Numbered from the stretch's first letter, positions 24,620 to 38,100 are shown. The stretch is 64,000 bases of DNA from Scenedesmus sp. PABB004 (GCA_014905635.1 CM026547.1:4402001-4466000); one strand, 5' to 3'. The notes: generated by a model from the sequence alone, not told the origin. A program made the numbers and translations.

Positions 24620-27056
24620 TCACCTGCACGGCCGGCGCGGCGGCGACGCGCCGCGGCGGTGAGCCGCGGCGGCGGCGGCGGCGCGGGCGCAGCGGCGCGC
24701 GGGGCGCTCCCCGGGTGGCGCGGCGTCGTGCGCGCCTGCAGGCCGCGCGTGTGCGCGGAGCGGGCGTAGTCCATCATGCGCTCGGGCGTGCGGTGCGCCG
24801 ACACGATGGTCAGCTCGCACGGCACGCCAAACTCGCGCAGCACGTCCTCCGCTGCGCGCATCGTGGGCAGGTCGGAGTCGGAGCCCATGATGATACCCAC
24901 CTGGGCGCGGCCACGGGGTGCGAGAGGGGCGGGCGGGTGGGTGGTGGGCGCGCGCGGGAGAGCGGGCGTGCGGCGTGGCGCCGCGGGAGGGCGCGGCGAC
25001 ACGCGGCTGCGCACCTTGGGCGCGCCCGCGCCGGCGCCCGCGGCGGCGGCCGGGGCCGCCGCGGACGCCGCGCGCGGCGCGAGCCCCGCGGCGGCCGCCG
25101 CGGCGTCGCTCGCCGCGAGCGCGGCGGCGGCGGAGGGGTCGAGCCGCGCGAGCCGCGCGCGCCCGGTCGCGGCGTCGGGCGCGACGACGTTGATGTGCCC
25201 GATCTTCCGCCCCGCGCGCATGCCGGGCTTGTCGTACCAGTGCACGCTCGCGCCGGGCGTCGCGTACGCGGCCGCCATGAGCGCGTGCGCCGCGGCGACG
25301 CCGGGCTCGCCGTCGGCCTCGCCGAGCATGTTGAGCATGAGGCAGCTCCCGACGTTGAGCCCCGTGTCGCCGAGCGGCCAGCCGAGCACCGCGCGCAGGT
25401 GGTTCTCAAACTGGCTCGTCACGCAGCCGTCCATGGTGTAGTGCCCGCTGTTGTGCGGCCGCGGCGCGACCTCGTTCAGGCTCAGCGAGCCGTCGGGCAG
25501 CAGGAACATCTCCACGCTGCGAGTGCGCGGCGGCGGGGAGGGGGGGGGGGGTGCGTGTGACGCGGCGCGGCGCGGCGCGGCGCACGGTGCGTGTGACGCG
25601 GCGCGGCGCGCGGTGCGTGCGACGCGGCGCTCGCGGCGGGAGCAAGCCACGGGCGGCGCGCGCGCGGCGCGCGGCGTGACCGCAGCGCGGGCCGCACCCG
25701 AAGATGCCCGCGCCGTCGAGCGCCGCGACGGCGCGCTCCGCGACGCCCGCCGCGGCGGCCGCCACGGCGTCGGGCACGCGCGCGGGCGCCTCTGTGACGT
25801 GGCAGACGTTGTTCTTGTGGATCGTCTCGACCACGGGGTACGACGCGACGGTGCCGTCGCGGCTGCGGACCACCATGACGGCGAGCTCCTTGACAAACGG
25901 CGCCCACGCCTCGGCGTAGAGCCCGTGGCCGTAGCCGCCCAGCGCGGCGACGCCGGGCGCGAGGTCGGCCGCACAGCGCACGACGTAGTTGCCGCGCCCG
26001 TCGTACGCGAGGCTGCGGCGGCGGCGCGGCGGCGCGGCGCGGCGGGCGCGGCGGGCGCGGCGCGGCGGGCGCGTGGGCGGCCGCGCGGGCGGCGCGCCGA
26101 GGGGCTCCGCGCGGCGCGACGGGGCTCGCACGCGCCCGCGCTCACCGCTTGCTCTTGAGCATGAGGGGGAAGCCAAAGCGCTCCGCCGCCGCCGCCAGCG
26201 CGGCCTCGTCGGGCGCGTCGGCAAACGGCGCGACCGGCACGCCCGCGGCCGCAAAGTGCTGCTTCTGCCGGAACTTGTCCTGGATCGTGCGCAGCGTCGC
26301 GGGCGTCGGCTCGACGTCCACGCCCGTCGACGCGCCGGCCGCCTCCATCGCGTCGGCGTCGATGTGCTCGATCTCAACAGTCAGCACGTCGCACCCGCCC
26401 GCAAAGCCTGCGCCGCGGCGGGCGGGCGCGCGCGCGCGTGGGCGCGCGCGGCCGCGGGCGCGCCGCCGCCGCGCCGGCGCCCGCGCCGGGGGCGGCGGCG
26501 GCGGCGGCGGCGGCGGGCGCGCGCACCCGCGATCGCCGCGGCGTCGCGGAAGTGGCCCACGGTCTGCTGCGCCGCGACCGCGGCGGGCGCGGGGTCGGCG
26601 GGGTCCAGGAACTTCACCGCCACGCCCATGTTGCCCTGCGGCGGCGCGGCGGCGCGGGTGAGCGCGGGCACGGCGCGGCGCGCCGCGGCCGCGCCGGGGC
26701 CTCGCTCCGCGCAGCCGCCGCCTCACCGCCGCGAGGGCCATCATGCGGCCCAGCTGCCCCCCGCCCAGGACGCCCACCACCGCGGTGCGGGGCAGGCCAG
26801 TGTCGCTGACCGCGGTGAGCGGGTCGGCCGCGCGCCGCTCCGCGGCGGCGGCGCCCGCCGCGGCGGCCACGCCGCGCCGCCGCCCGGCGGCCGCGGCGGC
26901 GGCGCCGCCGGGCCGCGTCGCCATGCGCGTCACGGGGTGCGCGCCCACGGTCCAGGGCCGGCGCGCGGCCGGCCGCGGCGCGCGGGCCGCCGCCGCCGGC
27001 GGCGCAGCAGCGAGGCCAGCCGCCGGCGCAGCGGCACGCCGCCCCGCCAGCAGCAT
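24291..27056 (-). CDS. ADE2: Phosphoribosylaminoimidazole (AIR) carboxylase, PurK+PurE bifunctional, with N-terminal transit peptide
   Basis: [59 protein letters not shown]; PurE part [63 protein letters not shown]. Confidence 0.96.
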
Positions 27057-27570
27057 GGGCGCGGCGGCGCCGGGGTCGAGGGTCGGGTCTGCCGGGGAGG
27101 CCGCAGCGGCGACCTGTCGCGCGCCGCGATCGGGGGCACTCGCGTGCTGCTGCTGCTGCTGCTGCTCTCCCGCGGTGCGCAGGGGCGAGCGCGCGCGGCC
27201 GGGCTGTGCGCGGGCGCGGTGCGGGTGCGGAGGAGCAGCCCGGCGCGCTCCCGGGACAACCTCGCACCGCGACACGTTTGCTGGGCGTGTTTCCGGGCGT
27301 GTTTTGCCAGCGATCGCAGCGCGCCGGGCGCGCTGCATGACGGGGCACGACGACACCACGGGCGAGTGCCGGACCGTGCCGCGCGAGCACCACACGAGCA
27401 GCGTGGCAGCGGCGGCGCGGTTGACCAAGCGAGCGCAGCGGCCGCGCTCAAACGGCCGCCAGGGGGCTCCCCGGCCCGTGATAACGCCGACGCGACCAAT
27501 CTCCCGTCTCCCGAGCGCACGCGGCGCCAGCGGCGCAGCCCGCACGCGCCAAAGCAGCGGCGCTGCCGGC

Positions 27571-28880
27571 ATGCCACCCAAGAAGAAGGCCGCCAAGAAG
27601 GCGGCGGAGCCGGCCGAGCCGCCGCACGACCCCAGCTGGGAGCGGGTGCGGCGGCGGCCTGCTCGGGGCCGCCCGCGCGCCGCCGCCGCCGCCGACAGCG
27701 CGCGCCGCGCCGCCGCCGCCGACAGCGCGCGCCGCGCCGCACGCACGCACGCGCGCCGTAGGCAGTCGTGAGCGGGGTGTGGGAGCGGCCCGTCACCGCG
27801 CTGCCAGGTGGGCGGCGGCTCCGGCGCCCACGTGGCAGGCGGCCACCACGCGCGCCGCGCAGCGGCCGGCTGGCCGCCGACGCGCGCCGCCGCGCCACGC
27901 GGCAGACGCGTGCACCTGGCCGTCGTGGGGTGTGCTGCGCGAGCGCGTGCTGACGTCCTGCCGCGAGGCGTGCGCGCCGCGCCGGCGTGCCCCGGGGCCG
28001 GCCGCGCAGGCCGGCGCGGGCGCGGAGCGGCGCGGCGCGGCGCGGCGCGGCGCGGCGCCCGACGGGCCACCTGCCGCCCGCGCCCCCGGCCGGCGGCGCT
28101 CACAGGTCCGCGTCGTCGACGCGCCGTCGGTGCGCGACGCGTTTGCGTCGGAGCTGTTTGCGCTCTCGCCGCCGCTGCTCCGCCGCGTGGACCTGAGCGG
28201 CTGCCACAACCTGCGCCACGTCGCGCTGAGCCCGGCGGCCGCGTGCCCGAGCCTCGAGGCCGTCGTCCTGCGCGGCTGCCCCAGCCTCGGGAGTGTGCTC
28301 CTCCAGAGCTCGAGCCTGCGCAGCGCCGACCTCAGCGACTGCGGCGCGCTCACCAAGGTCGGCGCCCAGGGGCTGAACCCAATGCAACGACGTTGCACGG
28401 GCTGCATGCGCGCCGCCGCCCATGCTCCCGCCGCCGCCGCGTGCCGCCGCCGCCAGGTGCTGCTGCACACGCCGCGCCTGTCGGCACTGGCCATCACGGG
28501 CTGCCCCAACCTGGAGGCACTGCTGCTCTGGAGCGACGAGCTGACCGCGCTCGACCTCACGGGTGCGGTGCGGGGCACCCGCGGCGCGGGCCACAGCGCC
28601 GCCGGCTCCTGGGCTGGGCGCCCGCAGACGCCTGCGCCGCCAACCATCGCTCGCAGGCGCGGGCCGGATGACCAAGCTCGAGCTCGCCTGCCCCGCGCTC
28701 GTCGCCGCGGCGAGCGTGCTGCCGGCGGTGCCGGTCGCGCCGGTGGCGGTGCGGCCGGTGCACCCGCCCATCTCGGCCATGCTGCGCGAGAACGCACGCG
28801 AAGCCGCGCTCGCGGCGGCGGAGCGGCGCGGCGCCAGCGCGAGCGCGGCGGGCGCCAGCGCGCCGCTGCGCGTGCGGTGA
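27571..28880 (+). CDS. Leucine-rich repeat protein (Cys-containing LRRs, FBXL15-like repeats)
   Basis: MPPKKKAAKK..HDPSWER | ..WERPVTALP | DACTWPSWGVLRERVL | LRRVDLSGCHNL, LEAVVLRGCPSL, ADLSDCGAL, LAITGCPNLE. The 3' end is uncertain because the TGA overlaps a possible GTGAGT donor. Confidence 0.75.
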
Positions 28881-29433
28881 GTGGGTGACCGTGACCGGGC
28901 AGCGCGGCTCCTGGCCCCCGAGCAGCTGCGCGCCAACGGCCGCGGCGGCGGCCCGCGGCCGCGGCGCGGAGCAGCGGCGCGCGGCGTCGGCGTGCGGTCG
29001 GGCGCGCCGCGAACGCTCGCGCTGCGGCCATGCGCACGGGAGGGGCACTGACGTGCGCGGCGGGGCGCGCATGGCGCCGGCGGCCCGCAAAAGCCCGAAG
29101 GACAGGCGCCCGCCCGCTTCCCGCGTCTGCCCAGTGCTCCACGGGCCGGCCCCGCTGTCAATGGGCGACCCCGCGCGCTGAGGCGGCCCAGCAGCAGCAG
29201 CGGGCGTCGGCGCCCGCCATCGCCGGCACTCAGGCGCCCCCCCCCCGCTCGCAGCGCGCGCAGCCCGGGGCCAGCCAGCCGCCGCCCACGCGCCGCCAGA
29301 GCCCGGGCGTCCAACCGCCCCGCCGGCAGCGGCGCCTGGGCGCCCGAGCGCGCAGGCAGCGGCGGCGGCAGCAGCGGCAGCAGCAGCGCCGCCCGGCGCG
29401 CCCGCGCCGGGGCGCAGGCCGTCCGCCGGCGCC

Positions 29434-31249
29434 ATGGCGGACGATGACTTCCCGGACTGCCCGCTGTGCATGGACCCGCTGGACGCGACGGACCAGGCCA
29501 TCAACTTTTGCGCGTGCGGCTACAAGATGTGCCTGTGGTGCTGGAACCAGCTCATGGAGACGGCGAGCCGCGAGTCGCTGCCGGGGCGCTGCCCCAACTG
29601 CCGCAAGGACTACGACAAGGACAAGATCACGATGACGCAGCTCGACCCCGAGGCGCTGCAGAAGGAGCAGGCGAAGCGCAAGCACGGCAAGAAGGCGGTG
29701 CCGCCGCCGCCCGCGCCGCCGCCGGCGGCGGCAGCCGCGCACCACGGGCACGGGCACGGCCAGGCACACGGCCACGGGCACGGGCACGGCCACGGCCACG
29801 GGCACCACGCGCCGCCGGCGGAGCCCGCGCCGTGCGGCGCGGCGGCGGCCGCGGCGGCCGCGGCGCACCGCCCGCCCAAGGCGCTCGGCCAGGTGCGCGT
29901 GGTGCAGCGCAACCTGGTCTACGCGGTCGGCATGCCCCTCTCCATCTGCCGCGACGACACGCTCGCGGACCGGGCCTACTTTGGCGCGTTTGGGCGCATC
30001 AAGAAGGTCTCAGTCAACCGCAGCACGCCCTTCAGCCAGGTTCAGAAGAACGGCCCGAGCGGCAGCGCCTACGTGACGTACGTGCGCCCCGAGGACGCGC
30101 TGCGCGCGATCGAGGCCATCGACGGCGCCGTGTGGGAGGGCAAGACCATCAAGGCGCGCCGCGCGCCGCGCCGCGCGCGGGCGCGCGCCGCCGCCCGCCG
30201 GCGCACGCACCCTCGCGCTCCCCTCTGCCCCTCTCTCTCGCGCCCGCTCACCCCCTCCGCTCACCCTCCGCCCGCGCGCCGCCGCCCCGCCGCCGGCGCC
30301 GCGCCGCCGCGCGCAGGCGTGCTTTGGCACCACCAAGTACTGCAACGCCTTCCTCAAGGGCGTGCCCTGCAGCAACACCGACTGCCTCTACCTCCACGAC
30401 ATCGCCGCGCCCGGGGACTCGTTCAGCAAGGAGGACATGATGGCCAACGGCCTCGCCAGCGGGCGCAGCGCCTTCTTCGACATGGTGCACCCCACCAACA
30501 CGCAGGAGGCCTCCGCGCACGCGCACGCCGTGCTCAGCAGCATGGCCGCGGCCAGCGCGGCGGCGGCGGCGGCCGGCGGCGCCGGCGCCGGCAGCAGCGG
30601 GCGCGCGGCGTCGCAGCCGGTGGCGATCACGGGGGTGAGAGACAGGCGGCCGCGCGCGCGGCGCGCGCGGCGGGCGGCCGCGTGGCGCGCGCCCACCCAG
30701 CGTTTGCCGCTCCGAGCGCTGACCCGCCGCCGCCACGGCGCGCGCGCAGGCGCGGCGCACGAGCGGCTCGGCGCCCTGGTCGGGCGACGGCGGCCCCGGG
30801 ACGGCGTCGCCGAGCAGGCCCGGCGCGGCGGCGATGGCAGCGGCCGCGGGCGCGCGCTGGGGCGGCGCGCCCGCGCCGCCCGCGGGCGGCGCGCTCGTCG
30901 ACATGGAGTGGCCGAGCCTGGGCGGCGCGCCGGACGGCCGCGACGTCGGCGCGGGCAGCAGCAGCGGCGCGCGCACGGCGGCGGCGGTGCTCGGCGGCGG
31001 CGGCGGCGGCGGCGGCCCGCCGCAGCACCCGAGCACGAGCGCGAGCAGCCACCCGGTGAGCCACCCGGTCATTGGGCCGGGCGCGCCCACGGCGGCGGCG
31101 ATCGTCGCCGGCAAGGCCTCGGTCGCGCCCAAGCCCCAGAAGCCGCAGGCGCCGCCGCCCAAGCCGCTCGCCACGCTGACCAAGCCCAAGGCCAAGGCGG
31201 CCGCGGCGGCGGCGGCTGCGGCGGCGGCGCAGCAGGCGCAGCAGCAGCA

Positions 31250-31281
<32 letters not shown>

Positions 31282-31945
31282 AGCAGCAGGAGCACGCGCA
31301 GCAGCAGCAGGAGCAGCAGCAGGACCAGCAGGCGCCGGCCGCCGCGCCCGGGGCGCCCAAGGGCAAGGCCAGCAAGCAGGAGAGCCGCAAGGCGGCCAAG
31401 GCGGCGGCCAAGGCTGCGGCCAGGGAGGCGGCCGAGGCCGCTGAGGCCGCCGCGCAGGCGGAGCGGCAGGCGGCCGAGGCGGCGGCCGCCGCGCCGCCCA
31501 CCAAGCTGCCGCCGCCTGGCTTCGCCAGGGGGCCGCCGCCGGGCTTTTCCGGCGCGCCGGCGGCGGGGCAGCAGCGCGCGCCGCCGCCGGGGTTCGACCC
31601 CACACTGCTGGCGCTCGCGCGCGGCGGCAGCAGCGGCAGCCTGCACGTCGGCCTCGGCAGCAGCGGCGGTGGCGCGCCGCCCGGCATGGGCCCGCCCGGC
31701 AGCGGCCCCGGCAGCGCGGCCAACGGCCACGCCGGCAGCCGACGCAGCAGCGACGTCGGCAGCGGCGCGCCGCCCGGCGCCGGCGACGGCGCGAGCCGGC
31801 CGGCGTCGCGCGGCTCACTGCACGGCAATGGCTCGCTCGGCACGCCGGGCAGGCCGCAGCCGCCGGCTGCCGCCGGCGACGCCGCCGGCGACGCCGCCGG
31901 CGACGCCGCCGGCGGCACGCCCGCGCGGGCGCAGGCGCTCTTTGG

Positions 31946-31976
<31 letters not shown>

Positions 31977-32588
31977 GGTGGCGCGGCGGGCGGCTCGCCG
32001 CTCATCACCTTCCCCGCGGGCCAGGCGCCGCCGCAGCTGTTTGGCGGGAGCGGCGGCCGCGCGTCGGGCGCGTTTGACATCAACGCCTTCCTGGGCGGCT
32101 CAGGCGCGGCCGGCGCCGGGGGGCCGCTCTTTGGCGCCCCCACGCCGTCCGCGGCCGCGCAGCCGGGCGGCGGCGCCGGCGCGGCGGGCGACGCGGCCGT
32201 GCCGCTGAGCGCGCGCAAGCAGAGCCGGTGGGGCTTCGCACAGCAGCCGCAGCCCGCGCCCGCGGCGGCGCAGCCGACGGCGCCGCTGCCGGCGGCGCGG
32301 CCGCCGCCGGGCTTTGCCGCCGCCGCCGGCGCGCCCGAGGCGGCGCCGGTCTACGGCTCGCCCGCGTACGCGGCGCAGCACGCGACCAGCTTCTTCAAGC
32401 ACCTGCTGCCGGGCGTCAACGTGCACGTCGCGGCCTCGCCGCCCACGCCGCCGGCGCCCCTCGGCGCGGCCGCGGCGGCCGGGGGCGCGCTGCCGCACCC
32501 CGGGCCCGCGGGCGCAGGCGGCACGTCGCCGGCGCCCAACCCGGGCCTGGCGTTGCTGCAGCAGCTTCAGCGCAGCCAGCACCACTGA
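29434..32588 (+). CDS. NOT4: CCR4-NOT E3 ubiquitin ligase subunit NOT4/CNOT4
   Basis: C4C4 RING CPLCMDPLD..CACGYKMCLWCW..GRCPNCR; RRM VRVVQRNLVY..YFGAFGRIKK..SAYVTY; ACFGTTKYCNAFL..CSNTDCLYLH zinc finger; long low-complexity tail containing RKQSRWGFA. Confidence 0.95.
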
Positions 32589-32889
32589 GCTGAGCTGGCG
32601 GCTGGCGGCCGGGGCGGGACGGAGAGCCGGGGCAGGAGCGAGCGAGTTGGAGCCGGGCGGCGTGGCGGCAGGCGTTGGCCGCGAGCGGCGGCGGTGGCGG
32701 CGGCGTGCGGGCTGTGAGTGAGCGGAGGCGGCGCCGCTGCCTGCTCGACGAGGGCATCAGCAGAGTTGCCCCGTCGGCGGCGCGGCGGCGGCCGCGGACT
32801 GGTGCCGCGCGCGCGTCGCGCGCGGCGCGCGGTAACGCCGCGCGAGCAAGGCTTCCTGCAACGCGTCCGCCTCTTTCGCCGCCCCCCGC

Positions 32890-34289
32890 TCACTCGCCCT
32901 CCTCGCCTGCCGCGCCCTTGAGCACGCCCGCGCTCCAGCCCGTGGCCGGGTGCGTGAAGGCCGCCTCGAACGCGCGCAGTGCCTTGGCCTGTGCTGCGCT
33001 CACCCTGGCCGGCAGCAGCAGGGCCGCGCGCAGCAGCGCCTTTTGCTGCTGGCTGAGCGTCGCCGGGAAGCGCAGCTCAAACTCCAGCACCAGGTCGCCC
33101 TGCGCACGCGCGGCGGGAGGCGGCGCGTCAAAACTGGGGCCAGCCAGCGCCGCGCCAGTTGCGCGGCCGGCCGCCGGCCCAGCTGACTGCGCCCGCACCC
33201 GTGCGCCGCCGCCGCCCGGGATGGGCATGCCCTCGCCCGCCACGCGCATCGACAGCCCCGGCGTCACCACCTCCTCCAGCGGCACGCGCAGCACGCTGCG
33301 GCGGCGGCGGCCGGGCAGGCGGGCGGCCGCGGCTCAGCGGCGGCCAGGGCTTTGGGCGCGCGCGGCTCGGCGGCGCCGCGCGCTCGCCCGCGGCGCCCGG
33401 CCAGCTGCGCACCGGCCGTCCAGCGTGGTGATGCTGACCGCGCCGCCCGCGAGCGCCTGCAGGAGCGGCAGCTGCACGCGCGCGACCAGGTCTGCGCCGA
33501 CGCCGCGCCGGAACACCGGGTGCGGCGCCGAGCCGAGCACCACGACGACGGCGCCCGGCGGCGCGCCGCCGGGCTCGGCGTCGCCCTCACCCTCAAACAC
33601 ATAGCGCGTGCCGTCCGGCAGGCCCGGCTCGACTGCGACGGTCAGGCTGCGCTGCTGCGCGGCCGGCGCGCCGCCCTCGCCGGGCACGCTGCGCGTGTGC
33701 GAGACGACCTTGACGCAGCCGGCGTGGATCTCCTCCAGCGGCACCGGCAGGTCGAGCTGGGCGCGGCCGGCGGCCGGCGGCGCGCGCCTGAGCGTGCCAG
33801 GCCAGGCATGGCCGCGCGCGCCCGCCCCGTGCGCGCCCGCCTCGCCCCTCACCTCGAGCTGCTTGCCGGGCGCCGGCTTGGCCTGCGTCGTGAGCCGCTC
33901 AAAGTGCGCTGCCAGCGCTGCGAGGGAGCAAGGAGGGAGCACGGGCGGGCGGGTGGTGGGCCGCTGCGCGCGCCGGGCGGCGAGCGCTCGCCGCCGCCGC
34001 TGGCTGCGCTCACAGTTGAGCGCCTCAAAGGGGTTGCTCATGCCGAAGAAGCGCGCAAACGTGGCCCCCGGGCCGGCCGCCGCGTCAAACGTGTAGCCGC
34101 ACCCCCCGCCTGCACCGCGGCGGCATTTGGGGGCCGGCGGATGCCGCGCAGCACTCGCAGCGCGGTCGACCGCGCGGTTTCGACGTCGAAACCGCGCGCA
34201 TCGCTCGCCGCGCGCCGCGCGCCGCACCGTCAGCGCTGGCCTTGAGCGCCGCCTCGCCGTAGAGGTCGTACGCGCCCTTGGTCCTTGCT

Positions 34290-34329
<40 letters not shown>

Positions 34330-34797
34330 GGCTCGCAGGACGGATCGCGGGCGCGCCGGCGGCGCGGGCTGGCGTCGCGCTGCGCACCGCAGCTGAGCAC
34401 GTCGTAGGCCTCGCAGATGCGCGCAAACTCGCGCGCGCCCTCCGGTGAGCCGTCCGCGTCGGGGTGGTGCTTCAGCGCGAGGCGCCGGAACCTGCGCCGC
34501 GCGTGCGGGCGCCGCGTGGGCGGCGAGTGCGCGTCGCGAGCCTGCAGCGCTGGCTGCGGGGCTGCTCGCTCGCGCGCGCGTGACGCGCGGCGCACGGCGC
34601 ACGAGCACTCACGCCTTCTTGATCGCCACGTCGTCGGCGCTCCTGCCGTCAACGGGGCGCGCACCAGAGCAGCGGCGCGCTGGTCGGCGCGGCGCGGCGG
34701 CACGCAGCGCGCGGCGGCGGCGCGGCGCGGCAGCGCGCAGCGCCCGCCCGCGCCTGGCCAGGCCCAGCGCGTCGTAGTAGTCCTGCTCCGGCGCCAT
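32890..34797 (-). CDS. Class B HSP40, DNAJB13 / flagellar radial spoke protein 16 (RSP16)-like
   Basis: J-domain DYYDALGL..FRRLALKHHPD..EAYDVLS..YDLYGE; FARFFGMSNPFEAL; C-terminal domain LPVPLEEIHAGC..FEGEGD..TTLDGR..GEGMP..GDLVLEFELRFP. The tail KALLRAALLLP..KALRAFEAAF..GW resembles algal RSP16 (from memory). Confidence 0.85.
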
Positions 34798-35188
34798 GTG
34801 CGCAGCCGGGTGCGAAGAGCGGCGGCGCGGCGCTGCGGTTGACTGCGTGCCGCGGGCCGCCTGCGGGCCTGGCGAGTGCGCGGCGGCTTGAAGGGGTGGC
34901 GGGCTCTCACACGCCGGCCCCCGCACGGCGCGTGCGACCCCGACCGCGCGCCGGCCGGGCGTAACAGTGTCACGCCCCCCGCTGCTCCACGCCTCGCCCG
35001 GCCGCGCTGCCGGCGCGTCCACACTCCCGCACGCGCCCAGCGCCCAGCGCGCCGCCGGCAGCCCGCGCACGCCCCGCCCAGGCGCCGCCCAGGCCCCAGG
35101 CGATGGCCGCAGCAGCGGCGCGCGCGTGAGCACGCAAGCAGTGATCGGCGCGGCGCGGCCGCTGGGATAGACCAGGCCGACCGTCACC

Positions 35189-38100
35189 ATGGCGGCGGCG
35201 CTGCCCAAGCAGAAGGAGGTCACCACCCGCGAGGTGGCGTCCATCCAGTTCGGCATGTACACCGACGACGAGGTGCGCGACGGGGGCCGGCCAGGCCCAG
35301 GGGCCCGCCGGCGGCGCCGCGCGCCCGGCGGCGGCGGCGCGGCGGCGCGGCGGCCGGCGCCGTGCGCGCGGCGGCAGCAGCGCCGGCGGCCGCCGGCCCG
35401 CCGGCGCCGGCGCGGGCCGCCGCGGCGGCGCCGGCGCCGCCTGCGCGCAGCAGCCGCGCGTCCCACCCGAACGCGGTCGCCGCGGCGCCCCGCCGCCGTG
35501 CGCGGGGGCCGCCGGCCGCCGCGCGGCGGCGGCCGCAGCGGCCCCACCGCCGGCCGCCGCGCCGCGCCCGCGCTGCGCGGCCCCCCGTGCACCACGCGCC
35601 GTGCGGCCTCCCGCGCCCACGCGCCACGCGCCGCGTGGCCCACGCGCCGCCGCGCCGCGCGCCGCGCGCCGCAGGTGCGCAAGCTGAGCGTGAAGCGCGT
35701 GCTGTCGCCGCTCACGTACGACGCGTTCAACAACATCATCCCCGACGGCCTCTACGACCCCGCGATGGGCCCCGTCGACTTCAACGGCCGCTGCAGCACG
35801 TGCGGGCTCGGGCACAGCCAGTGCCCCGGGCACTTTGGGCACATTGAGCTGCCCGTTGTCGTGTACAACCCGCTAGTGTTCGGGTGCGGCGGCCGCGGCG
35901 CAGCGGCGGCACAGCGGCGGCGGCAGCGGCAGCGGCGGCGGCCGCACGCGCGCGCGGTTGCGTGCTCCGCGCCGCGCGCGCCGCTCACGCGCCCGCGCCG
36001 GCGCCGCGCCGCGCCCGCGCGCCCGCAGCACGCTGTACCGGCTGCTGAAGCACACCTGCCTCAACTGCCACCAGTTCAAGATGGGCCGCAAGGAGGTGCG
36101 GCGGCGGCGGACACGCGCGCTTCCGCGCCCCTGGCCCGCCGCCTCGGCTGACTGACGCTGCCGCGCCGGTCGACGCCTTGCGCCCCTGCCCCTAAACCCC
36201 AGATGTCAAAGTTTCTCGTCAAGTTCAACTGCCTCAGCCGCGGCGACCTCGTCGCGGCGAGCCTCATCTCCACGTCGGGCGCCGGCCCGCGCGCGTCGGC
36301 GCTGGAGGAGGTCCTCGGCGTCGCCAAGGCGCCCAAGGCGCGCGGCAAGAAGAAGGGCGACGCCGCGGACGGCGACGGCGGCACCGAGGAGGCGGAGGCC
36401 GCCGCGGCGGGGCTGCTGCTCGACGGCGACCTCGGCAGCGGCCTCGGCGCGTACGAGGCCGCGTACGGTGCGGGCAGCGGGCGGTCGCTGCAGCGCCTGC
36501 CGCGCACGAGCCACATCCAGGAGGCGCTGCGCGTCGCGGTCGCCGAGTTTTTCGCGCGCATGCCCGGCCAGCGCTGCCAGAACTGCGGGTGCATGAACCC
36601 GGCCATCCGCAAGCAGGGCAGCACCAAGCTGTTCAAGCAGTACAGCCGCAAGGCGCTGCTGCAGAACGCGATGCGCGGCATCGACGTCGCGTCGCTCGTT
36701 GGCGCCGGCGGCCGCAGCGCGGCGCGCCAGCTCGGCGCCGCGCTCTCGCCGCCGCCGCGTGGCGGCGCCAACGGCGTCGGCGCCGGCGGCGAGGAGAAGA
36801 AGCGCAAGCGCGACGCCGCCGGCGACGGGGGCGAGGGCGCGCCCAAGAAGGGCGCCGGCGCGGGCCTCGCGCGCGGCTACGCCGACGGCGAGCTCAAGCG
36901 CGGCGCCAAGGCGGAGGAGCCCGACGCCACGCTGGTGCGGGCGCCCCGCCGCCGGCCACCGCCCGGGCGCGGCGCCCGCCGCTCACGCGCGCGCGGGACG
37001 GGCGGCAGCCGCGCGGCGCGCTCACGGCGCCGCCGCCGCCGCCGCCGCGCGCAGGGCGACGAGGGCGAGGATGCGGGCAGCGACGACGAGCAGATGGCCT
37101 CGCCGCCGCCGGCTGCAGGCGCCGCCGGCGGCAAGCCGCGCGCCCCCACCAAGGCGCAGGCCGCCGAGGCGGCGGCGGTCAAGTCGCTGGAGCAGGACAT
37201 CAGCCTGTGAGCGGCCGCCGCGCGCCGCCGCGCCCGCCTGGCGCTGCCCCAGCCACGCGCGCCGGCCGCCGCCGCGCCGCCCGCCGCCGCGCCGCCCGCG
37301 CCGCTGACCGTGCGCCGCCGCGCCTGCGCCGCCGCTCTGCGCGCAGGGACGACAAGACCAAGCCCAAGTTCATGGCGCCCGACGAGGTCGAGGGCCACGT
37401 CGCCGCGCTGTGCCGCGCCGAGAGCGGCGTGCTGCGCCACCTCTACGGCGGCGCCGACCTGCGCGAGCTCTCGCGCGGCGGGCTCGGCGGCCTCGGCGGC
37501 GTCGCCACCGCGGCGCGGGCCGACCCCGGGCGCCTGTACAAGAGCTTCTTCCTCCGCGCCCTCGCAGTGCCGCCCAACAGGCGCGCGCCCCCGCAGGCCG
37601 CGCGCTCCTCGACGGGCGCCGCGGCGCCGCGCCGCCGCGGCGGCCGCGCTGGCTTGGCTGACACACGCCCACCGTCTGCGCGGCCGCGTGGTGCCCAACA
37701 GGTTCCGGCCGCCGAGCGTGATGGGCGAGACCAAGTACGAGCACACGCAGAACGTGACGATGCAGCGCATCCTGCAGCACACGATCGCGCTCGGCTCGAT
37801 CCAGCAGGACATGGCCAACGCCGCGGCCGCGGCGGGCGGCGCCGGCGGCGCGCCGCTCTCGGCCGCCGACGCGGCGGCCGTCGCGGCGGCGCGGCGCGGC
37901 GAGGCGCTGCAGCGCTTCACCGCGGCGTGGCTGCGCCTGCAGAACGAGGTCAACGCCCTCATCGACTCGACCGCCGCCGACAACACCGACCAGGCGGTGC
38001 GCCGCCGCGCGCCGGCTCCTGCGGCCCGCGCACGGCGCGCCCGCACGCACCCGCCGCCCACACGCACGCACCCGCCCCGGTCGCCCGCCGCCGTTGTTGC

